In this document: positions 17,255 through 27,376 of the stretch, piece by piece
Layout of the letters: every line of letters begins with the position of its first letter
Position numbering within the stretch: the first letter of the stretch is position 1
Assembly: GCA_021648425.1 (NCBI GenBank)
Contig: JAKISV010000001.1
Span: 1-34,361 of the forward strand
Length of the DNA stretch: 34,361 nucleotides
DNA from: Rhizobiaceae bacterium
GTDB taxonomy: Bacteria; Pseudomonadota; Alphaproteobacteria; Rhizobiales; Rhizobiaceae
Reading direction: 5' to 3'
Notes under the pieces: generated by a model
The model's database searches: none
What the model was told of the DNA's origin: nothing
The model's input: the letters and a program-made list of their open reading frames with translations, nothing else
Made by a program: the position numbers and the translations under genes

Positions 17255-18703
17255 CTACAGCCTGATTGCGATATTTTTGGTCTGCACATAGTTCAGCAAT
17301 GCTTCGCTGCCTTTTTCGCGCCCATAGCCGGATTTTCCATATCCGCCAAAGGGTGTCTCAACGCCACCGGCAAACCATTCATTGACAAAAACCTGCCCCG
17401 CACGAATTGCCCTGGCTGTCTTCATTGCCCGATCAAGGTCTTTAGTGAAGATGCCGCCAACCAAACCATATTGTGTGCCATTGGCAATATTGATGGCATC
17501 GTCATCATTGTTATATTTCATGATGGAAATTACCGGGCCAAAAACTTCTGTCTGACCGATTTCGCTGGCTGGGTCGACATTGTCGATGATTGTTGGCTGC
17601 AAAAAACTACCGGGACTATTCAGTTTGTGCCCGCCGGTGACAATTCTTGCGCCATCTTTACCAGCGCGTTCACAAAAAGCTTCAGCGCGATCACGCTGGG
17701 TATCGTTGATCATCGCTCCCATGTTTAACCCCGGTTCAACCCAATCGAGACCGGGACCGACACTGATTGAGTCGGCTAGTGCGGCGGCGCGTTCAACCAC
17801 TTCATCGTAAATATCTTCATGGACGATTGCCCGTGACATGGCTGAACAAACCTGGCCTGCATTTGTAAATATTCCAGCCCGAAGAGAATTGATAAAATTC
17901 TCAAGATCGGCATCGCGGCAAACTATTGCCGCAGATTTTCCACCCAATTCCAATACACACGGGACGATGTTTTGTGCGGCGGCGGCGGCGATCCTTGAAC
18001 CGGTTTCAACAGAACCGGTAAATACGATCTGGCGCACATCGCGGTGTGTGCTCATTGCTGCTCCTGCTTCAGTTCCTAATCCGCTCACCAGATTTAACGC
18101 ACCGGCGGGCAAATCAACGGCTTGCGCTGCTTGAGCCAGATATTGGGAGCTCAAAGGTGCTAATTCGGGTGATTTGACTACACAAGCATTTGCAGTGGCC
18201 AAGCCGGCGGCAATTGAACGCGCTGCAATTTCCAAAGGAAAATTCCAGGGAATTATCTGCGCTGACACGCCATAGGGTTCATTGAGGGTGAAATCCAGAT
18301 AGTTCTCACCCAGAGGAATTGATTTACCCTCAAGGGCTTCGCTCAGGCTGCCATAATATTCGAAATAGCGCGCGGCATTAGTGATCTCGCGTTTCGCTTC
18401 CCACAACGGTTTTCCCTGCTCAAGGCAGAGTGTGGTCGCAATTTCATCAGCACGCTCTAACAACCACTCTCCCATGTGACGCAGCAGACGCCCGCGTTCT
18501 ACCGGACGCATGGCACCAAGCACTCCTGATTCATGGCAGGTTTTGGCAGCTGATACTGCATCATTTATATCATTGGCATCGGCCATTGCCTGCCAGGCCA
18601 GATGTTCACCGGTAGATGGATTTTGCACGGACAGGCGATCGCTGCCGCCATCAACCCATTTATTGTTGATAAAATTTTTCCAGTAATCCGATATTTCGGG
18701 CAT
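17255..18703 (-). CDS. NAD(P)-dependent aldehyde dehydrogenase
   Basis: ELGGKSA and the catalytic-Cys block NAGQVCSA are present. The track start is a GTG at 18766. I prefer the ATG at 18703 (MPEISDYWKNFINNKWV) with AGGA upstream, which leaves a CRP-type box in the promoter instead of inside the CDS. Confidence 0.85.
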   Translation of the reverse strand: MPEISDYWKNFINNKWVDGGSDRLSVQNPSTGEHLAWQAMADANDINDAVSAAKTCHESGVLGAMRPVERGRLLRHMGEWLLERADEIATTLCLEQGKPLWEAKREITNAARYFEYYGSLSEALEGKSIPLGENYLDFTLNEPYGVSAQIIPWNFPLEIAARSIAAGLATANACVVKSPELAPLSSQYLAQAAQAVDLPAGALNLVSGLGTEAGAAMSTHRDVRQIVFTGSVETGSRIAAAAAQNIVPCVLELGGKSAAIVCRDADLENFINSLRAGIFTNAGQVCSAMSRAIVHEDIYDEVVERAAALADSISVGPGLDWVEPGLNMGAMINDTQRDRAEAFCERAGKDGARIVTGGHKLNSPGSFLQPTIIDNVDPASEIGQTEVFGPVISIMKYNNDDDAINIANGTQYGLVGGIFTKDLDRAMKTARAIRAGQVFVNEWFAGGVETPFGGYGKSGYGREKGSEALLNYVQTKNIAIRL

Positions 18704-18751
18704 TGAATATCCTATTGCTTTTGAACGTGAAATTCTGTCATCGCCTAAACT

Positions 18752-18767
18752 TGTGTATTTGAACACA
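18752..18767. promoter_or_regulatory. CRP-type palindrome TGTGT-N6-ACACA
   Basis: TGTGTATTTGAACACA read directly. It lies about 50-65 bp upstream of the preferred aldehyde dehydrogenase ATG. Confidence 0.45.
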
Positions 18768-18820
18768 TGCGACGAATATTTTCCATTCTACCTGTAGACA
18801 AAGAGGCAAAGCTGAACAAT

Positions 18821-18836
18821 TGTGATTTTCCTCACC
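18821..18836. promoter_or_regulatory. CRP-type site TGTGA-N6-TCACC
   Basis: TGTGATTTTCCTCACC read directly. It matches 9 of 10 half-site positions of the TGTGA-N6-TCACA consensus and lies upstream of the Crp-family regulator gene. Confidence 0.45.
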
Positions 18837-18877
18837 TTAGCTGTGTGAATAGATATACCGCCCAATAAAAGAGATAA

Positions 18878-19612
18878 TTGTTTGAGGGAAGCCGGTATCA
18901 ACAAAGGGATGGAATTTTGGCCAAAGTTTCAAAGGAACAGGTTCGCCATTGCAAAGTGTTTGCAGAGGCAGGCGATAACACAATTGTCGCACTGGTTGAA
19001 AATTCGCGGATGATGAATTTTGTCAAAAACCGACAGATCATCGGCCAGGCAGATATGTCCACTGATGTTTATCTGGTGGTGGAAGGTGTTGCGCGGGCTA
19101 AATCTTTTTCAGAAAAGGGAAAGGAAGTCAGTTACCGCGATATCAAGCCAGGGGAAATATTCGGTGAATTTTCTGCAATTGATGAAGCTCCGCGTTCCTC
19201 TGCAGTTCTGGCGGTGAGCGATTGCGTTGTCGCCAAAATATCCGCTCGGAGTTTTCGCAAAGCCGTTACAACAGATTCAAATGTCGCGCTGGCACTTGTC
19301 GAATTACTGGTTGAAAAAAACCGGGCGCTGACGGAAAGAATTCATGAATTTGGAACACTGGCAGTTCGATTTCGAATTCAGTCAGAGTTGTTACGTCTTG
19401 CTGAAGCGACATGTGAGGATGGGGATGAAAGCATTAGTTTTGATATTCCCACCCACTTGGAACTGGCCAACCGAATTTGCACCCACCGCGAAGCAGTAAC
19501 AAAAGAGCTCAACTATCTGGCGTCAATTGATCTTATTCAAATTACAAAAAGCACGGTATTTGTAAAAAACTATCAGCGTTTCAAACAGGTGGCAGGCATG
19601 ATCGATATGTAG
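18878..19612 (+). CDS. Crp/Fnr-family transcriptional regulator (cNMP-binding domain plus C-terminal HTH)
   Basis: GEIFGEFSAIDEAPRSSAVLAVSDCVV (cNMP-binding fold) and HLELANRICTHREAVTKELNYL (HTH with an R-E pair as in CRP). The track start is a TTG at 18878. The TTG at 18917, with AAGGGA 8 nt upstream, is an equally good start. Confidence 0.8.
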   Translation: MFEGSRYQQRDGILAKVSKEQVRHCKVFAEAGDNTIVALVENSRMMNFVKNRQIIGQADMSTDVYLVVEGVARAKSFSEKGKEVSYRDIKPGEIFGEFSAIDEAPRSSAVLAVSDCVVAKISARSFRKAVTTDSNVALALVELLVEKNRALTERIHEFGTLAVRFRIQSELLRLAEATCEDGDESISFDIPTHLELANRICTHREAVTKELNYLASIDLIQITKSTVFVKNYQRFKQVAGMIDM

Positions 19613-19934
19613 TGCGGCAGATCGAACGGGTAAATTGCCGAGAGGGGTATTGCAAAATCAGGAAAACAAAAGCCTTACGCTCTCCCTCATTAAAATACCT
19701 GCAAAGGGAGGATTTGCATCACCTGTGAAAATACTACTTCAAATTTTTGACAGCAACGGTGTGGTAATGATCACATGATGACGGTTTATTTACCTGCTCA
19801 GTGCGTCGTTTTGTATATGGAAAATAACTACAGATAATTGGTGATGCCGCTATCTTTGGCATTATTTATTAGGTATCCATATCCGGCTGACAAAATCATC
19901 AATAATCAAATCGCAGCAGGATATTTCTTAAATC

Positions 19935-20891
19935 ATGTTTGACTATTTTCTGCTTTTGATCGGATTGGTTCTTCTGCTGATTGGTGGTGACTGGCTGGTG
20001 CGAGGTTCTGTGGGGCTTGCAGAAAAACTCAAAGTGCCTCCCCTGATTATTGGCCTGACCATCGTATCGTTTGGCACATCAGCACCCGAACTGTTTGTGT
20101 CTGTAAATTCCGCGTTGTCAGGCGCTGATGGAATTGCCATCGGCAATATAGTCGGCTCTAATATTGCTAATGTTTTGATGGTGTTGGGAATACCGGCAAT
20201 ATTCTGGGCGATGAAATGTGACGAAAAAGGCATTGGCCGCAGCATATTGGTGATGATTGGCGTTACTGTCTTGTTCATCGGCATGATGCAGAAAGGGGCA
20301 TTGTCGCGTTTTGATGGCTTTGTACTGATCGTGATACTGGGATTGTTCCTGATCGAGCAATTCCGCAGCGCACGCAAAGCACGCAAAGCCACCGAAGAAA
20401 AATTCGACTATAATGATGAAGTCGATAATATTCCTGCCTCCTATTATAACATCATGATAGCGCTGTTGATTGGCATGTTTTGTCTGGCCGTTGGTTCAGA
20501 GCTGACAGTAAACGCGGCGATCATGATTGCCGGTTACTGGGGGATTGCGGAAGAAATTATCGGATTGACGGTGGTTGCCGTTGGCACATCCCTGCCGGAA
20601 CTGGTAACGACACTTATGGCGGTCAGGCGAAAAAACTCATCAATTGCGCTGGGTAATATCGTCGGATCAAACATCCTGAATATTGCTCTTATTATGGGCG
20701 TAACCTCATTAATTCAGCCAATTATTGTTACAGCCCATATTTACGAGTTTGACGTTTGGATTATGCTTGCTTCATCAATATTATTGGGATTACTCGCCTA
20801 TTGGAAAATTAATATTTCCAGAACAATCGGGCTGGTAATGGCAATTGGGTATGCGACCTATGTCAGTACAACCGTGCTGTTTATTCTTTAA
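19935..20891 (+). CDS. CaCA-family Na+/Ca2+ exchanger-like membrane protein (YrbG-like)
   Basis: 318 aa with two alpha-repeat motifs ([10 protein letters not shown] and [10 protein letters not shown]) in a polytopic protein. Confidence 0.8.
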   Translation: MFDYFLLLIGLVLLLIGGDWLVRGSVGLAEKLKVPPLIIGLTIVSFGTSAPELFVSVNSALSGADGIAIGNIVGSNIANVLMVLGIPAIFWAMKCDEKGIGRSILVMIGVTVLFIGMMQKGALSRFDGFVLIVILGLFLIEQFRSARKARKATEEKFDYNDEVDNIPASYYNIMIALLIGMFCLAVGSELTVNAAIMIAGYWGIAEEIIGLTVVAVGTSLPELVTTLMAVRRKNSSIALGNIVGSNILNIALIMGVTSLIQPIIVTAHIYEFDVWIMLASSILLGLLAYWKINISRTIGLVMAIGYATYVSTTVLFIL

Positions 20892-21928
20892 GCCACATAC
20901 CAATGCTGATTAAAACCCGGGTCAAAAACAGTGACCTGGCCGATGGGAGTTTTAATGGTTGCCGGCAAGGCTAGTGGGTTTTCGCTTTTCTCCAGCACTA
21001 TGGTTCTTGAATTGAGTGGAAGATTATAAAAATTCGGGCCATTGCGGGAAGTGAAATATTCCAGGTTTGGCAATGCATCGGCCTCTTCAAACACATGCGC
21101 CAGACAACCCATTGTATTGAGTGCTGTAAATATACCGGCACAACCGCAGGGGCTTAATTTGGCAGCGTCAATATGTGGTGCGCTGTCGGTTCCCAGAAAA
21201 AACTGTTTTTCTCCTGATGTTGCGGCTTGAACCAGCGCAAGCCGATGTCGTTCGCGTTTTGCCACCGGCAGGCAATAATAGTGAGGCCTGATACCACCGG
21301 CCAGAATGTGATTGCGGTTGATAATCAGATGATGGGTGGTGATGGTGCCTGCAATATTATCACCGCCGCGACGGATATAATCAATTCCATCTGCTGTGGT
21401 GACATGTTCAAGCACGACTTTCAGCATAGGCACCTGAACGCGAAGTGGCTCCAACACCTGTTCAATAAAAACCGCTTCCCGGTCAAAAATATCCACATCA
21501 TGATCGCTTACCTCTCCATGTACACAAAGCGGCATCTCCAGTTCAGCCATTTTTTCCAGAACCGGAATGATTTTGTCAAAATCACGTACCCCTGATTGTG
21601 AATTCGTCGTGGCCCCTGCCGGATAAAGTTTGACTGCCTTGACAATGCCTGAGAGGTGGGCCTTTTCCACTTCTTGTGCCTTTGTATCTTCCGTCAGATA
21701 AAGGGTCATCAAAGGCTGAAAATCCGGCTGTGCGGGTAGCGCTGCAAGAATGCGCTGGCGATAGGCTTCAGCATCCCTCAGTGTTGTCACCGGCGGCACT
21801 AAATTGGGCATGATGATTGCGCGTGCAAAATATCGTGCGGAGATTGGCGTAACAACCTTCAGCATTTCTCCGTCACGCAAATGAAGATGCCAGTCATCGG
21901 GCATTAAAATTTCCAGGCGTTTGGTCAT
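20888..21928 (-). CDS. pyrC: Dihydroorotase, homodimeric type
   Basis: 346 aa. [12 protein letters not shown] near the N-terminus closely matches E. coli-type PyrC, and [10 protein letters not shown] is present. Confidence 0.9.
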   Translation of the reverse strand: MTKRLEILMPDDWHLHLRDGEMLKVVTPISARYFARAIIMPNLVPPVTTLRDAEAYRQRILAALPAQPDFQPLMTLYLTEDTKAQEVEKAHLSGIVKAVKLYPAGATTNSQSGVRDFDKIIPVLEKMAELEMPLCVHGEVSDHDVDIFDREAVFIEQVLEPLRVQVPMLKVVLEHVTTADGIDYIRRGGDNIAGTITTHHLIINRNHILAGGIRPHYYCLPVAKRERHRLALVQAATSGEKQFFLGTDSAPHIDAAKLSPCGCAGIFTALNTMGCLAHVFEEADALPNLEYFTSRNGPNFYNLPLNSRTIVLEKSENPLALPATIKTPIGQVTVFDPGFNQHWYVA

Positions 21929-22039
21929 AGGGCCGTCTTATTTGAAAGTGATATAAAAGGTCAGATTACCAATATATTGTTGCTTCAAAATAATCTATTG
22001 TTTTTGGGCGTTTACAATAATGAAACTGGGAACAAAAAA

Positions 22040-22648
22040 ATGAAATTTGACAATAAAAATTTGTTACTGACCGCTGTTGTTCTATTTGGAACAACAATTG
22101 CAGCTCCTGCTTTTGCCCATCGTTTTAATGTCGCACTGGTAATCCCGCTTGTTGGGAACGAGGCCGAAATGGGCAAACAGTATCGTGAAGGTTTTATGCT
22201 GGCCACTACAGAACGTGACGGTCATCCAGATGAAGAATCTGATGGCCATTTGGGAGGACTGGATGTTTATGTATCCGTGATTGACGCCAATGGTGATATC
22301 AGTTCACAAATCACACGCATCGTTTCAGAGGGAGAAATTGCTATTGTTGCGACAATGGCACCTGAGGGTTCTGCTGCCCTTGATGTGATGAAGCCGTTGT
22401 TAGAGGCAGGAAATATCGCCCTGTTGCAAAGAGGAAAGACGCCATTTTCACAAGACGGTGGCTCTACAGTTTCTGCATTTTCAAGTGCATTTGAATCCCA
22501 ATATGGCGCCAAACCCACCGCAACCACAGCGCAGGGATATAACGCCGCACGGCGCATAGATTTAGCAATACGCGAGCAGGGAGCGGCTGATGACCGTGCC
22601 GCACTGCGTGAAAATTTTACAGCTTCCGCTGGTGGATTTCCCTGGTAA
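22040..22648 (+). CDS. Secreted half-size type I periplasmic-binding-protein-like protein (apparent single lobe)
   Basis: I prefer the ATG at 22040 (MKFDNKNLLLTAVVLFGTTIAAPAFA signal peptide) over the upstream TTG. The mature part starts like LIV-type PBPs (FNVALVIPLVGNEAEMGKQYREGF..), then jumps after about 120 aa to the segment normally found near the C-terminus (FSSAFESQYGAKPTATTAQGYNAARRIDLAI). Confidence 0.6.
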   Translation: MKFDNKNLLLTAVVLFGTTIAAPAFAHRFNVALVIPLVGNEAEMGKQYREGFMLATTERDGHPDEESDGHLGGLDVYVSVIDANGDISSQITRIVSEGEIAIVATMAPEGSAALDVMKPLLEAGNIALLQRGKTPFSQDGGSTVSAFSSAFESQYGAKPTATTAQGYNAARRIDLAIREQGAADDRAALRENFTASAGGFPW

Positions 22649-22654
22649 CCGCTT

Positions 22655-24640
22655 TTAGGACCTATCAGGTTCCTTGTAGGACAATAGTCTCAAAGCGTTT
22701 GCCACCACAAGTAATGTGGAGCCCTCGTGCATAACAACGGCAACGCCAATGCTGGCCCAGCCAGTAATGGCAGAGGGAATAAGCACTGCGACAATCCCGA
22801 GACTTACCCACAGGTTTTGCTTAATAATGCCTTTGGCCTTCCTGCTCAGGCCAATGGCAAAAGGCAGGTTTTCGAGCTTATCAGCCATCAGGGCTATGTC
22901 GGCGGTTTCCAGTGCTACGTCGGAACCAGCGGCTCCCATGGCGATGCCAACCGTGCTTTTTGCCATTGCCGGGGCGTCATTGACCCCATCGCCCACCATG
23001 GCGACTTTACCTTCTTCGACTTTCAATTTTTCAATTGCTTTGACCTTGTCTTCCGGCAGCAGGCCGCCCATTGGGTCGGTGATGCCAATGGTTCTGGCAA
23101 CGGCGTCGGCCACTCTTTGATTATCGCCGGTGAGCATAATCATGCGGCGGATGCCTATTTCTTTCAGACTTGCCAGGGTTTGGGCTGCTTCTTCACGCGC
23201 CACATCCATAACCGATATGATGCCGAGATACTGTTTGTCTTTATGAACAATCATTACTGTATGACCCTCCAGTTCAAGGGTCATCATTTGGGCCGTAATT
23301 TCTTCTGGCACATCTTCACCTGTCAGTTCTTCAAACAGACGTCGATTACCAATATGGACTGTTTTACCCTGGTAATCAGCCTTGATGCCACGGGCGATGA
23401 GGGCTTTGATATTATCTGCGCCGGGCACATGGTCAACGTTCAGAATTTCGTAACCGCCTTCAACGATAGCTGATGCCAGCGGGTGATCGCTTAACTGTTC
23501 AACCGCTACTGCAACGGTTATCAGTTCTTTCTTTGTTATGCCGGAAAAGGGAATGATATTGGTTAGTTTTGGACGGCCTTCAGTCAACGTTCCCGTCTTG
23601 TCAAACGCAACTGCGGTGAGCGATCCTAAATCCTCCAGGGGGCGACCCCCTTTGATTAGCACTCCCTGACGTGCAGCCCTTGCAACACCGGCAAGTACGG
23701 CGCTGGGGGTTGAAATTGCCAGCGCACAAGGGGAGGCAGCAACTAAAACCACCATGGCGCGGTAGAAAGTTTCCTCAAAAGTTTCGCTGGTGAACAGATA
23801 AGAAAAAATCAGCACAACAACCAGAACGAGGACAAATGGCACAAAATATTTCTCAAACCTGTCGGTGAGCTGCTGGGTTGGAGATTTTTGTGACTCTGCT
23901 TCTCTAACCATTTTTACCAGCCGCGCCAGCGTACTGTCCTTGGCGATTTTCAGAACTTTTATTTCCAGTACGTTGCTGCCATTAATCGTGCCGGCAAATG
24001 CTCTGTTTTCATCAGGCAGGCTATTCAATTCAAAATCATCATCGCGAGAAGAAACCGGCTGCTTGTCTACCGGCATGCTTTCACCGGTTATCGGTGCCTG
24101 GTTGATAAACCCGTTACCGGCTACGATAACGCCATCGGCTGCAATTTTCGAATTGGGTTTGACAATAATAATATCGCCTACGACCAGTTCTTCTATTTTA
24201 ACTTCCGTTTGTTTGTTGCCGCGTTTTACCAGGGCGGTGGAAGGAGCCAGTTCTGAAAGGGCGGCAATGGATTTTTTTGCCTTGTTCATGGCGTAGTTTT
24301 CAAGCGAATGGCCCAGGCTGAACAAAAACAGCAACAAAGCGCCCTCTTCCCATTTACCCAGGGAAGCGGCACCGGCGGCAGCAACCAGCATCAGGAAATC
24401 AATTTCAAAATTGCCTTTTCGAACGCTGTTAATGGCTTCCAGCAATGTGAAATATCCACCAAGCAGAAAAGCAATGATAAAAAGTACCAGAGGGACTTGC
24501 TGCGGAACGGCGCTGATAAACGAAAGAACCAGACCCGTAAACCAGAATACACCGCTGCCTATGGAAAAATAGAGCTCAGTATTTGCCCCAAAAAAACCCT
24601 CATGGTCGTGCCCATGCTCCCCGTCATCTTTTTGTCCCAT
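22655..24640 (-). CDS. P1B-4-type heavy-metal (Co/Zn/Fe/Ni class) translocating P-type ATPase
   Basis: DKTGTLT, TGES, GDGVNDAPA. The transmembrane SPC motif (AASPCALAIS) and HEGST (VMHEGSTLLVVANALRLL) are the P1B-4 signature. There is no HMA domain, but the N-terminus is His-rich (MGQKDDGEHGHDHEG). Confidence 0.85.
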   Translation of the reverse strand: MGQKDDGEHGHDHEGFFGANTELYFSIGSGVFWFTGLVLSFISAVPQQVPLVLFIIAFLLGGYFTLLEAINSVRKGNFEIDFLMLVAAAGAASLGKWEEGALLLFLFSLGHSLENYAMNKAKKSIAALSELAPSTALVKRGNKQTEVKIEELVVGDIIIVKPNSKIAADGVIVAGNGFINQAPITGESMPVDKQPVSSRDDDFELNSLPDENRAFAGTINGSNVLEIKVLKIAKDSTLARLVKMVREAESQKSPTQQLTDRFEKYFVPFVLVLVVVLIFSYLFTSETFEETFYRAMVVLVAASPCALAISTPSAVLAGVARAARQGVLIKGGRPLEDLGSLTAVAFDKTGTLTEGRPKLTNIIPFSGITKKELITVAVAVEQLSDHPLASAIVEGGYEILNVDHVPGADNIKALIARGIKADYQGKTVHIGNRRLFEELTGEDVPEEITAQMMTLELEGHTVMIVHKDKQYLGIISVMDVAREEAAQTLASLKEIGIRRMIMLTGDNQRVADAVARTIGITDPMGGLLPEDKVKAIEKLKVEEGKVAMVGDGVNDAPAMAKSTVGIAMGAAGSDVALETADIALMADKLENLPFAIGLSRKAKGIIKQNLWVSLGIVAVLIPSAITGWASIGVAVVMHEGSTLLVVANALRLLSYKEPDRS

Positions 24641-24917
24641 AATACCTCAATTGAAACTGATAATTGAAATTGCTGCATTCAAAACAACTTCTCTATACCT
24701 CAAACTTATCTGCCGCCTTTGTTTTGTCAATCTGCCAGCTTCTGTTTGGATGGTTCATCCCCCGCGCACCCCATATTCTAGTCACCTGGGACTGAAGTTT
24801 GTGGTCATCGTGCTGCAAGTGGTATTAATGGCAAAAACTCACTATATTGATTGAACCTGACGAACATTGATTCGTTTGGATAATTATCTGTAATAACGAC
24901 ATGTAAACGGATATTGA

Positions 24918-27368
<2,451 letters not shown>

Positions 27369-27376
27369 GTTCAGTT

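Noticed and set aside
19725-19778. 17-codon GTG-initiated small ORF (VKILLQIFDSNGVVMIT) downstream of the GGGAGGA hairpin loop
   Set aside because: The SD-to-start spacing of 12 nt is long, the start is GTG, the SD is sequestered in a loop, and conservation cannot be assessed here.
22727-23473. 248-aa plus-strand ORF antisense to the P-type ATPase (also 22716-23120)
   Set aside because: It is long but His/Phe/Asn/Cys/Gly-rich with no motifs. It lies opposite the most conserved part of a bona fide P-type ATPase, a common place for long shadow frames.
24641-24917. Possible NiCo (czcD-type) riboswitch upstream of the P1B-4 ATPase, and a DnaA-box-like TTATCCAAA (complement of 24875-24883) upstream of gyrB
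   Set aside because: I could not match the leader to the conserved czcD-motif core from memory, and there is no convincing multi-stem structure. A single one-mismatch DnaA box is expected by chance and there is no cluster suggesting an origin. An Rfam scan would settle the first point.
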